DNA of 64,000 nucleotides from Pseudomonadota bacterium (GTDB lineage Bacteria; Myxococcota_A; Polyangia; JAAYKL01): NCBI GenBank assembly GCA_023229365.1, contig JALNZK010000002.1, positions 126,343 to 190,342 of the forward strand, read 5' to 3'. Shown piece by piece: positions 17,904 to 27,041 of this stretch (position 1 is its first letter; each line of letters starts with the position of its first letter). The notes under the pieces were generated by a model. It saw only the letters and a program-made list of their open reading frames with translations, ran no database searches and was not told where the DNA came from. The position numbers and the translations under genes were made by a program.

Positions 17904-19172
17904 TTAATGTTGGTGCATTGTCATCGTATCATCTGCTGGATAGCCATCTTTTGTTTTGGCAGCACCCAACAAATCCAAAATAGCTTTGGTAATTTGATTA
18001 TTTCTTTCTTCTTCCGTCAATTGAGGCGTACTATAATAACCAGCAGATATTTTCGTTCTGGCAGAGGCTTCGTTCATACCAATTCCCGTAGTTTTTAAAT
18101 TAGGACAATCAGGAAGATTGGTATCAACATATTCCTTTAGGCTATTTTGACTACTCCAAGGCAAAATTTGAGTAATACCAATTAAATTAACGATGTGCCC
18201 TGGAAATTCATTTTTAATAGTATCACAAAAAACCTGATTATCCTCGCCCCAGTTTTCGCCATCCGTGAAATAAAACACATAAATATTCCATTTCTCAGGA
18301 GGATAACGAGCCTCAAACTGCTTGGAAATTAGTTTTAAAGCTGATGAACAAGTTGTTCCGCCACCATAACGATAACGATAAAATTTATGCTCATCTACTT
18401 CTTGAGCAATAGTATCATGCCAAATATAAACACGCTCAGTACGTTTGTAGAAATGTCGAATCCAAACATCAATCCACCAAGCCATATCGGATACAATATC
18501 ACATTTATATTGATCCATGCTGCCAGAACCGTCACGGGCAAAAAAGATTACGGCATTAGAAGAAGGAACATTAAATTCCTTGTACTGCCGATATCGCTTA
18601 TCACTGTTAATGGGCGTAATCAGTTGTATGGGATCAGGACAACCCGGCACTTCGTGTAGATTAAAAATCTCTCCAGAAGCACACATTCTCTTCAGTGCCT
18701 GTAACCAAGTGCGGCGATTATGTCGCAAAGATTCTGGACCTTGAAGAGCTATGTCATTATATTTTATTTTCTTTTCTTCATAAATTTCCTGCGGCTTGGG
18801 CTTCATATTTGGAAGAGCCAACTCATCTTTCATAAGCTTCAAAACTTCTTCCATCGATATCTCGACGGTGACGCCTTCTGATTCTTCCTGCCCAGCATCA
18901 TTGCCTTGCCCTGGCTCTGGGTCTTTGCCAATAACATCACCCTTTTTACCTGGACCTCTGCCGATGCCTTCCTCTTCTTGACCACGAACAATATGTGGTA
19001 TATCAATGCGAGGCACAGTAATGCGAAGACGACCATTTTTTCCACGCAATCGCCAAACATTTCTATTTTTGATGTATTTGCTCAATTCTTTGCGAATTTT
19101 ACCTGAATATACATCAATAAAATCTTGATAATCTTCATCAATGCGTCTTGTAGTCAACAAATCATCTAACAT
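17904..19172 (-). CDS. yeaH: YeaH/YhbH-family protein (DUF444, vWA-like)
   Basis: 422 aa; acidic/Gly-rich N-region followed by a vWA-like region. Confidence 0.75.
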   Translation of the reverse strand: MLDDLLTTRRIDEDYQDFIDVYSGKIRKELSKYIKNRNVWRLRGKNGRLRITVPRIDIPHIVRGQEEEGIGRGPGKKGDVIGKDPEPGQGNDAGQEESEGVTVEISMEEVLKLMKDELALPNMKPKPQEIYEEKKIKYNDIALQGPESLRHNRRTWLQALKRMCASGEIFNLHEVPGCPDPIQLITPINSDKRYRQYKEFNVPSSNAVIFFARDGSGSMDQYKCDIVSDMAWWIDVWIRHFYKRTERVYIWHDTIAQEVDEHKFYRYRYGGGTTCSSALKLISKQFEARYPPEKWNIYVFYFTDGENWGEDNQVFCDTIKNEFPGHIVNLIGITQILPWSSQNSLKEYVDTNLPDCPNLKTTGIGMNEASARTKISAGYYSTPQLTEEERNNQITKAILDLLGAAKTKDGYPADDTMTMHQH

Positions 19173-19218
19173 AATTAGTTCCTTGATGATGCTATTGTAT
19201 CAAAATCCCTGCACCTAA

Positions 19219-20253
19219 TCAATACATCAAAATTTTTAAATGCTTAAAAATCCACACGGCCTTTTTGACATTTTCAAACATCCAGGGCTCTGTTTTCTTG
19301 ATTAAACCAGAACCACTACCAGTTGACGATCCTCCCAGCAATCCACAAAACAGTCCTGCCAAACCAAGTTTTTGTGCGGCAAGAGCGTTGACTGCAACTC
19401 CTTCTGCACCGCCCGCACCACCATATGTAGGACTTAATTTTGCGTGAGGAGAAACCAAATTCACATAATTGGGAAACACACTCAAAAGAATAGATTTCAA
19501 GTTGAGAGACTTGTCCTTGTATATATCTTGAAACCCATCATTGCCAAATTGAAAATTGTCCCAATCCTTCCAATATGGAACTAAAAGAACCCAATTCTCA
19601 CCACCTAACAACATGCGTTCTTTTAATACTCGCAACAATTCTTTTCGGCACCAATCTTCTCTGGTCAATCCTGATGTTACCCAATTATATGTGGCATTTA
19701 TATCATACCACCAAGGGGAATCTTTTATGCCCATAAATTGATAAAAATAAGGCGATGGAAAAAAATATTCCCCCCAACAACCCAAGCTGCCAACAGTAAT
19801 AGCATGTTTAAAAGTATTCTTTACTACCCCAATATAATTTTGCGTATAGCTCTCAGCCTGGGCATGCCAATAACTAAAAAACCTATTGACTAATCTCAGC
19901 CCCAATTCATTCCCCCAAGGGAAAAATTGCTCATTTAAATCTTTTAATGCAGGGTTATAACTTGCCAACGCTTTCGAGAAATCATTGCCCTGTCCATATT
20001 GATTGAGCAAATACCAAGAAGGGTCTGCCCATAGAGGTGTGCCCACCGGAGTGTGGACATACATTTTAACACCATTAGCCCTGGCTAAGTCTTCTGCTTC
20101 TAACAATCTGTCAAAATTATATTTGCCAGGAAATGGCTCTGTTTCCCACCAATAATTATAATACCACACTGCTTCGATTTCACATTCGGCAAACCTTGCA
20201 AAATCATCCTTGCCATAATCTGTGCTATTGTATCCTAAAACTATGACGCTCAT
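19219..20253 (-). CDS. putative glycoside hydrolase-like (TIM-barrel) protein with a Gly-rich C-terminal tail
   Basis: W/Y-rich motifs; start set at the ATG overlapping the upstream stop (TAATG). Confidence 0.4.
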   Translation of the reverse strand: MSVIVLGYNSTDYGKDDFARFAECEIEAVWYYNYWWETEPFPGKYNFDRLLEAEDLARANGVKMYVHTPVGTPLWADPSWYLLNQYGQGNDFSKALASYNPALKDLNEQFFPWGNELGLRLVNRFFSYWHAQAESYTQNYIGVVKNTFKHAITVGSLGCWGEYFFPSPYFYQFMGIKDSPWWYDINATYNWVTSGLTREDWCRKELLRVLKERMLLGGENWVLLVPYWKDWDNFQFGNDGFQDIYKDKSLNLKSILLSVFPNYVNLVSPHAKLSPTYGGAGGAEGVAVNALAAQKLGLAGLFCGLLGGSSTGSGSGLIKKTEPWMFENVKKAVWIFKHLKILMY

Positions 20254-20969
20254 TATTGTTCCCAGTAAGGCTTGTCTAAGACAGGGTTTTTCTTTGTGTT
20301 TTCCACATACCAACCCCCGTCAGACTTCTCCAAACAAGCCTCAGCCAATAAATTCAAAACATCCTGGGGGGCATAGCCTCTTTCACGATAATCCTTAATC
20401 TTGAAATTGCCCCTGGTCTTCGACATATCGGAAAGGTCTTGACCATCTCGTTGAATTAATTTAGGTATATAACATAGCTTTGGAGGAACAAACCCCAACA
20501 ATCGACAGAAGTAATAATAAAGACTGGATTCCGATACTAAGTCCTCTCCACGAATAATTATATTACATCCCTCACGATGATCTTGCACAACCTTGATGGC
20601 TGTGATTAGGGGAATAAATGGGTAGGGCCTATCCTCATTTCTGACAAAGGGGCGAGACCATTTAATTCCATCATCCTTTTCCAACCCAGGAACACCAGAC
20701 AAATATTGCAGATTTGTTTCATGCTCTTTAGCAGTATGAGAATACAAATCAACTTTCATACCCATCCAAGAAAACTCTTCCTTTATGGTCTCACAAAATT
20801 CATTGACTTTATCTCTGCCCAAGGATTGCAACTCTGGAAAATCCAGATCATCAAACCTAACTATGAATCTGCCGCCCTCTCTGGCAGCGGTATGATAGTT
20901 TATCAATGCTAAATATAAATGCCCCAAGTGAAGTCTACCACTGGGGGTTGGACTAAATCTTGTTGTCAT
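20253..20969 (-). CDS. class I aminoacyl-tRNA synthetase catalytic-domain paralog, glutamyl-Q tRNA(Asp) synthetase (GluQ-RS/YadB)-like
   Basis: RFSPTPSGRLHLGH (HIGH motif), VRFDDLD, IIRGEDL, DMSKT (KMSKS-like). Confidence 0.65.
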   Translation of the reverse strand: MTTRFSPTPSGRLHLGHLYLALINYHTAAREGGRFIVRFDDLDFPELQSLGRDKVNEFCETIKEEFSWMGMKVDLYSHTAKEHETNLQYLSGVPGLEKDDGIKWSRPFVRNEDRPYPFIPLITAIKVVQDHREGCNIIIRGEDLVSESSLYYYFCRLLGFVPPKLCYIPKLIQRDGQDLSDMSKTRGNFKIKDYRERGYAPQDVLNLLAEACLEKSDGGWYVENTKKNPVLDKPYWEQ

Positions 20970-21151
20970 TATTTTACGTGTTCACTAAAGTATGCAATCC
21001 ACCAAATTTCCTCAATAATAATGGCAACAGGTATGCCCCACAACCACTCTGCATGTTTGCTAACAGCGGCCAAAACAATAAACAAAATTGTAGAAGGCAC
21101 CCATAGCCACCAACACCACACAAAAAACATCATAAGCAATATAAACAGCAT
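20969..21151 (-). CDS. small membrane protein
   Basis: 60 aa, hydrophobic. Confidence 0.35.
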   Translation of the reverse strand: MLFILLMMFFVWCWWLWVPSTILFIVLAAVSKHAEWLWGIPVAIIIEEIWWIAYFSEHVK

Positions 21152-21654
21152 TATTCGTCTTCCGTTGTATATGAAAAATGCGGCATTTCATCCATACTCA
21201 TTAGCGACGTGAGCCGGTGCAAATATTCAAAACCAACTATCTCGTGTGCCACATGATTCATCACTTCTTTGCCACTGATAGACTTGCCGTAAATTTCCCT
21301 ATATTCATCCAAATACTCATCAATCTTATTCACTATATACTCCATTTGATTCTGGGCACGTTCATCGGCAAGTTCTTGGAGCAAACCACATATCGTGGCT
21401 TCATCTATCCATGTCTGCTGCCGAAGGGTTTTTACTTTGTCTTCCAACATCAAAATCAAACGCTTTTGATGTTTCACAGTATCTTTCGACACACACCGTT
21501 CCACAGATATTATTTCATCAACAATCTCCGCAAAAGCTGTTGCCAGAGTAGGGTCCATCGCTTTCATTTCAGTTGCGGGCTTACACCACGCAGTAGCCGC
21601 TATTTCCAAAGCAAACTCGGAGGGGCGTTTAACTTCTATATTTTCATTGTCCAT
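21151..21654 (-). CDS. hypothetical protein
   Basis: 167 aa. Confidence 0.45.
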   Translation of the reverse strand: MDNENIEVKRPSEFALEIAATAWCKPATEMKAMDPTLATAFAEIVDEIISVERCVSKDTVKHQKRLILMLEDKVKTLRQQTWIDEATICGLLQELADERAQNQMEYIVNKIDEYLDEYREIYGKSISGKEVMNHVAHEIVGFEYLHRLTSLMSMDEMPHFSYTTEDE

Positions 21655-21883
21655 TATTTTGTAGTCTTTTTTTAAAAATATTCCACAAAACTCTCTTTAC
21701 AAAAACAACAATTTTATCTTTGTAAAAACCATATTTATCTTTGTAATACTGGCCAGCAGCAACAACATATTTTATCAAAACTTGTTGTAATATGCCAGTT
21801 TTCCACGCCACATATTTCACCAAAGTGGAAAACTCTGCCTTCAACCATCTATCCTGATTGATGGTTAGCTTTTTACTCGTCAT
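21644..21883 (-). CDS. hypothetical protein
   Basis: 79 aa. Confidence 0.35.
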   Translation of the reverse strand: MTSKKLTINQDRWLKAEFSTLVKYVAWKTGILQQVLIKYVVAAGQYYKDKYGFYKDKIVVFVKRVLWNIFKKRLQNNGQ

Positions 21884-23948
21884 CGCTCACATCTCCACGA
21901 CTGAAGATGCTGCCGACGTGAGCCAGAACATCCGTTGCAGATTGTTCATTATATCCATACTGTTTGATAAGACGCTGTTTGATAGCGTCAATTTTTTGTT
22001 GAATGTCGGGGTCTACTACCGAACTGCCCCGAATGTCCAAGGCACTCAATTTAATATGGTCCTTGGTGTCTTCAAAGAGCTTCATTTCCAACGCCTTTTT
22101 CAGCTTGGCATTAGAGTCCCATCGGAAAACTTTTCCTTCAATGGAAAGACTGCCGATGAAAGCAGCAATACCACGGCGGAATTCATCCACTCCCGCTTCG
22201 GGAATGTCAATCTTTTCTTCGATGCTTCTCATGAGCCGTTCGTTGGGCTCCATATCTTCGCCGGTAATTTGATTGATAACTTTGACCTTATTGATATAAG
22301 CTCGCACATTATCAATATAATTTGTGCAAAGACGGATAATGGCATCTTCGTCGCCAACAAGGGCTTTTTGGACTTCATTTTTCAAGATATCATCCAATTC
22401 CTTTCTGACGGCATCCACACATTTAATATATTTTGCCACATCCTCTTTGTTCGTGATAAGAGAGGATTGATCTAGCCCTTCCTTGATTTCATTCAAAACC
22501 ATAAATTGGTTGATATAATCGTGTCGGGCAGCTAGGCAGTTGGAAATCTTATCTTGGGTATAACGGCAGGACACACCAGACATTCCTTCTGTAGGATATT
22601 TGTCCCGCAATTCCTTGACGGTATCTTCCGTATATCCAGGCAAGCTGCGGCCATCAAGCAATTTTGCTTTATCAACCAGCGATAGTTTACCCTCTTTATC
22701 ATCCTGCAAGCGGGTTAGAATTGTCCACAATGCAGCGATTTCCAAAGTGTGAGGAGCAACGTGTTGCTTGACTTTTCCCGTCCCATAATAATGCTCCAAG
22801 ATTGCCAACTCTTCACCCCATCGAAGCAAATAAGGAACATCGATGCGAACAGTACGATCTCTCAACGCTTCCATCGTATTATCAGATCGAAGTTTTTCAA
22901 ATTCAGGATTATTAGTATGTCCAATCAAAACCGTATCAACAGAAATTTGAGCAAACTTCTTGGGCTTGATTTGTTGTTCTTGAGAGGCACCCAACAGGTC
23001 GTAGAGGAATTCTTTGGCCAACTTGAGAACTTCGATGAATTCCACTACGCCCCTGTTGCCGATGCAAAATTCGCCATCGAAATTGAACGCCCGAGGATCA
23101 GAATCTGAACCAAAATGCGGGAGTTTGGCATAATTAATGTCGCCGGTCAATTCCGTCGAATCTTGATTTTTTTCATCTTTGGGCTGGAAGGTAGCAATGC
23201 CCATACGGTCGGGCTCAGAATAAACCTTGCGAACAACACGAATGTGCTCCTTGATGACTTTGCCCCAATCACCCTCATATTTTTGCAACAACTCATTCAT
23301 AAACTTTTTGCAACGAGGGTCTAATTCATTGTCGCAGCGAAGTGTATAAAGCTGCGTGCGTTCATTTTCTGGAGTGTTGTTTTTCAACACTTCATTCAAA
23401 TCATCCACCACTCGCTTTCGCAATTCTAGGGGAAGCAACTTAAGTGGCTCTTCATGCATTGGGCAATCATCTTCGGGATGCGTATAAATACCATCTTTCC
23501 CCGTGGGCAAATTCACCCATTTGAAGGTATACCAAATGCCATCTTCGGTATTGCTGTAATATTCCATACCACGTTTGATGCATCGGCAAATAGTGGATTT
23601 GGAAGAACCCACAGGACCATGCAAAAGCAACACACGCTTTTCTGTACCATATCCGCCAGCAGCACCACGGATGAATTTGACCAAACTCTCAAGAGTTTCA
23701 TCCAATCCGAAAATAGGAATTTCAGTATTGTCGAAGAAACAATAATGAGTGTGAGTTTTTCTGTACCGCTTGAAAGTCTTTGTGCCTTCGCTCATTATCA
23801 TATCATACAATCGTTGATAAGCGGTACGAATAAGTCTGGGGGTCTTATAGCACCTTTCCAGATATTCGGCAAAACTAATTTCCTCATGAAGCACTTTGAA
23901 TTGCTTCCGATCAAACAAATTGGCGAGTTGTTCTAATTTGGTGTCCAT
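21873..23948 (-). CDS. prkA: PrkA/YeaG-family serine protein kinase (AAA plus PrkA C-terminal domain)
   Basis: LLLHGPVGSSKST Walker A; 691-aa PrkA-like architecture. Confidence 0.85.
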   Translation of the reverse strand: MDTKLEQLANLFDRKQFKVLHEEISFAEYLERCYKTPRLIRTAYQRLYDMIMSEGTKTFKRYRKTHTHYCFFDNTEIPIFGLDETLESLVKFIRGAAGGYGTEKRVLLLHGPVGSSKSTICRCIKRGMEYYSNTEDGIWYTFKWVNLPTGKDGIYTHPEDDCPMHEEPLKLLPLELRKRVVDDLNEVLKNNTPENERTQLYTLRCDNELDPRCKKFMNELLQKYEGDWGKVIKEHIRVVRKVYSEPDRMGIATFQPKDEKNQDSTELTGDINYAKLPHFGSDSDPRAFNFDGEFCIGNRGVVEFIEVLKLAKEFLYDLLGASQEQQIKPKKFAQISVDTVLIGHTNNPEFEKLRSDNTMEALRDRTVRIDVPYLLRWGEELAILEHYYGTGKVKQHVAPHTLEIAALWTILTRLQDDKEGKLSLVDKAKLLDGRSLPGYTEDTVKELRDKYPTEGMSGVSCRYTQDKISNCLAARHDYINQFMVLNEIKEGLDQSSLITNKEDVAKYIKCVDAVRKELDDILKNEVQKALVGDEDAIIRLCTNYIDNVRAYINKVKVINQITGEDMEPNERLMRSIEEKIDIPEAGVDEFRRGIAAFIGSLSIEGKVFRWDSNAKLKKALEMKLFEDTKDHIKLSALDIRGSSVVDPDIQQKIDAIKQRLIKQYGYNEQSATDVLAHVGSIFSRGDVSDDE

Positions 23949-24093
23949 GCTTTGCTTTCACTTCCCTTTAAATAGGTTGTTTATGTTAGTATATTGTATT
24001 TCTTCACTCAAAACAAGCCCTGCTTGCAAATATTTTTTATTTGCATAAAGATAACATAAACCATTCAGAACAATATGTCAAGAAGAAAAAACA

Positions 24094-25107
24094 TTAAAGC
24101 TGAAAAAATGGTGCTTCGCCGTGATCTTTTTCAATTTCAAGAGGCACAAAATCGCTCCTAAGTTGCATTGGCTTCTCAGCTTGATCTACTGCCAAAAGAA
24201 ATTCTACAACATATTTTGCTATGTTTTCCAACCCCTCATAATTTAATTTCTCTGGAGTATCTGTAGGTTGGTGATAATTTTTATGTATGCCTGTGTGCAA
24301 ATATGCCACTGGCACCCCTGCATTGCAAAAAGAGGCATTGTCAGTGGGGGCATTATCTCGATGAGTAATTGTGCTGGCAAATGGATATTTTTTAGATAAA
24401 TTCTCAATCAATGTTTTTACATCGGGAGTTGGGTCATTTGGCATCAGCAAATTAAAACGCACCATTCTTTGCCAATAACCAACCATATCCATATTCAACA
24501 TAAAAACATGCTTCTTTATGTCGGGATTTCCTTTGGGGAAAAGAGGATGTTGGCAATAATAATTCGATCCAATTAGCCCATACTCTTCGGCAGAATATAA
24601 TTGAAAAACAACAGTGCGATTTAATTCGCTGTTTAAAAGAGTGAATGCTTTGGCAACAGCCAAAACTACCGACGTACCTGAGGCGTTATCATCAGCACTG
24701 GGGTGGTTTGGTCCTTGCCCATCGTAATGGGCACCAACAACTACCACTTCATCGTCATTTTTGCCTTTGATCGATGCCATAATATTGTTGGTTTGACGAT
24801 CACCAAAAGTAAATTGTTGCAATTCAACCTCATACCCCCAAGATGTAAATATATCAGAAATATACTTACATGCTGCATCGTTCCCAGGTGTTCCAGCACC
24901 TCTGCCATCAAATTTGTTTAAATCAGACAATGTTTCAACATATTCTTTAATTTGACCTACTGTGATTGTTTGCAAAGCAACATCCACAGGTGTAGTTGGC
25001 ACTGGTGGTGGTAAAGGAACAACTGTTGTGTGCCGAGTGTGATAAAAAGCATAGACAGTAGCCAAGACCAACATCAAAATCATAATGCTAAGTATTGTTC
25101 TGTCCAT
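24094..25107 (-). CDS. membrane-anchored M28-family zinc aminopeptidase
   Basis: N-terminal TM; VVVVGAHYDG...DDNASG and LYSAEEYGLIGS metal-ligand motifs. Confidence 0.7.
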   Translation of the reverse strand: MDRTILSIMILMLVLATVYAFYHTRHTTVVPLPPPVPTTPVDVALQTITVGQIKEYVETLSDLNKFDGRGAGTPGNDAACKYISDIFTSWGYEVELQQFTFGDRQTNNIMASIKGKNDDEVVVVGAHYDGQGPNHPSADDNASGTSVVLAVAKAFTLLNSELNRTVVFQLYSAEEYGLIGSNYYCQHPLFPKGNPDIKKHVFMLNMDMVGYWQRMVRFNLLMPNDPTPDVKTLIENLSKKYPFASTITHRDNAPTDNASFCNAGVPVAYLHTGIHKNYHQPTDTPEKLNYEGLENIAKYVVEFLLAVDQAEKPMQLRSDFVPLEIEKDHGEAPFFQL

Positions 25108-25110
25108 ATT

Positions 25111-25458
25111 TTACCAATTATTAGGATTGAAATTTTTCCCAGAAGAAATGTCATCATGATGTATGTAAACATCTTTGCCCATATGCGACATTTTCTCTGC
25201 ATTTTCCCGCTCTTGTTTTACTTTAGGCTGCATGTGCTTAAAACGATAATCATGTCCCATTTGACCATCGTTCCATTTCCTGGTGCCTTCGGGATTCACA
25301 AAAATAGCCTCTGCTCTCACTCCCGTGAATAATTTTTCTTTTTTATGTGAACCACATGTGGGACAAACTACATCTGGATATTCGTTACTTTTATTCCAAG
25401 GAGCGAATTCCTCATAATCACAATCACAATCTATACAATGAAAATCATAAAGGGGCAT
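25111..25458 (-). CDS. FmdB-family zinc-ribbon protein
   Basis: MPLYDFHCIDCDCDYEEF....CPTCGS. Confidence 0.55.
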   Translation of the reverse strand: MPLYDFHCIDCDCDYEEFAPWNKSNEYPDVVCPTCGSHKKEKLFTGVRAEAIFVNPEGTRKWNDGQMGHDYRFKHMQPKVKQERENAEKMSHMGKDVYIHHDDISSGKNFNPNNW

Positions 25459-25487
25459 TTTTTTCTTTCTATTTTGAATTAATGATT

Positions 25488-25805
25488 TTAATCATCTTTT
25501 GCTTCTACAACCAGCTTGTTTAAATGTCGATAAACAGTGGTAATTTTTTTTAATCTATATTCTTGCGAACGGAATCGCCACCAAAAATCTCTGGCGGCCA
25601 GTGTAATCGCTGTATTGAGCAATTGGTGATGTAAATTAGTGTTTATCAAATCCACATGAGCCATACCAATATACTCGCCAGCACTTTGATCTTGTTCCAT
25701 ATCAAAATAACCTTCTAAATCTCTTTCGTCTTCAAACTCGTGTCCAAAATCCATCATTTGATACCCCCTTCCAAGTTTGCATATAGCTGATAGGACTTTT
25801 CCCAA
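25488..25805 (-). CDS. hypothetical protein
   Basis: 105 aa. Confidence 0.4.
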   Translation of the reverse strand: MGKVLSAICKLGRGYQMMDFGHEFEDERDLEGYFDMEQDQSAGEYIGMAHVDLINTNLHHQLLNTAITLAARDFWWRFRSQEYRLKKITTVYRHLNKLVVEAKDD

Positions 25806-26278
25806 AGGTTCAATAATTTCATCTCATTGATTGACATTTCAGAGGACGCAAATTTTGACACATCTTGAATTAGTCCCACTTCTCTATTTATCCACTCCGA
25901 CATAACAAACTTGCCACAACCACCCGAATAATCTATAAATGTTGCCAAAACATCACTCTTTGCATCCACTGGCCCTAGTAACTGCGGATCATATTCCCGC
26001 AACACTACAACATGTGAATTGATTTTAATAACAATCTTCTTGTCAGTTTTCAAATTGTATGAATTTTCATAAAAAAAGAATTGAATATTTGCTCGTCTTG
26101 CCCATGTAAAACACTCTTTAGATGGTTCATCTTTACTTCTTTTGCAAACAACAATTACCTCTGCATTTGGCAAATTTTTTACAACAGAATACCAAGAAAC
26201 AAAACCCATCCAGCTATAAATGGGTTTATTTTCACATTCTATTACAACGCACAAATCATTCCCGGTAATATCTGTCAT
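25754..26278 (-). CDS. hypothetical protein
   Basis: 174 aa. Confidence 0.45.
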   Translation of the reverse strand: MTDITGNDLCVVIECENKPIYSWMGFVSWYSVVKNLPNAEVIVVCKRSKDEPSKECFTWARRANIQFFFYENSYNLKTDKKIVIKINSHVVVLREYDPQLLGPVDAKSDVLATFIDYSGGCGKFVMSEWINREVGLIQDVSKFASSEMSINEMKLLNLWEKSYQLYANLEGGIK

Positions 26279-26523
26279 ATTTCTGCTTTGGTCTCCGCAT
26301 CGACAATAACAAAATCATTAACTATATTCTGTAATCCTTGATATGTTAGATATTTTTTACAGTCCTCTAACATGTCTTTCGCCTCCTGTAGATCGTTAGT
26401 TGCCCACAATCCCACTACAGGATGAATAAGACACCTGTTGTTTCCTTTGTTAAATAATGCGTAAAACATATACACTAAGAGAGTATTTATTTGCCCATTA
26501 TGCCAGCACCACGTAATTTCCAT
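26275..26523 (-). CDS. hypothetical protein
   Basis: 82 aa. Confidence 0.35.
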   Translation of the reverse strand: MEITWCWHNGQINTLLVYMFYALFNKGNNRCLIHPVVGLWATNDLQEAKDMLEDCKKYLTYQGLQNIVNDFVIVDAETKAEI

Positions 26524-26795
26524 TTATTATTTGCAGAAAATGGACTATGATCGGGCTGTTTATATTTGGTGCCTAAAGATAAAGGACTAGAATCTGGAAG
26601 TTTCCATTTTCCACCACCGGAGAAACCGGGTTTGGGGGGCTCTAATGGAACACCGAGACCACGGGGAGACATGGGGCTTGTCGGCACTTTATTTTTAGTG
26701 CCTTTGACACCAGCATCTTGTTTTACCTGAGCCACATCGGCTGCTACTCCTTGTGGCAATGCCATATCAGCTTCTAACCAAGACCTGAAGCTCAT
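26487..26795 (-). CDS. small basic internal-protein-like polypeptide with a CTS-like N-terminus (MSFRSWLEAD)
   Basis: 102 aa, K/G/P-rich. Confidence 0.5.
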   Translation of the reverse strand: MSFRSWLEADMALPQGVAADVAQVKQDAGVKGTKNKVPTSPMSPRGLGVPLEPPKPGFSGGGKWKLPDSSPLSLGTKYKQPDHSPFSANNKWKLRGAGIMGK

Positions 26796-27034
26796 TTCTT
26801 TTTCATCTTTTTGCCATTGGCATTTTGATTAAATTTAGTAGCTGCATTTGCCACCTTAGCCGCCGCATCAGAATCACCTGTGGATTGGGCAGCTATAGAT
26901 TTTTGAGCTAATATTTTCTTTGCGTCTGCCTCTGGATTTGTGCCTTGCTTAAGAGCATTCTGCGTAGCTAATGCCAAATCATTGGCTAAATCATCTTTTC
27001 CAGTCTGTTCACACCATTGTTTATATGTTTTCAT
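26792..27034 (-). CDS. small basic internal-protein-like polypeptide with a CTS-like N-terminus (MKTYKQWCEQ)
   Basis: 80 aa, Lys-rich; first four residues MKTY match the T4 internal-protein CTS. Confidence 0.55.
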   Translation of the reverse strand: MKTYKQWCEQTGKDDLANDLALATQNALKQGTNPEADAKKILAQKSIAAQSTGDSDAAAKVANAATKFNQNANGKKMKKK

Positions 27035-27041
27035 ATCTTAT

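Noticed and set aside
17523-18098. 191-aa plus-strand ORF
   Set aside because: Antisense overlap with spoVR and yeaH; no motif.
21858-22475. 205-aa plus-strand ORF (and the 22003, 22749, 23454 plus-strand ORFs)
   Set aside because: All lie inside prkA on the opposite strand. prkA has strong Walker and PrkA-domain support.
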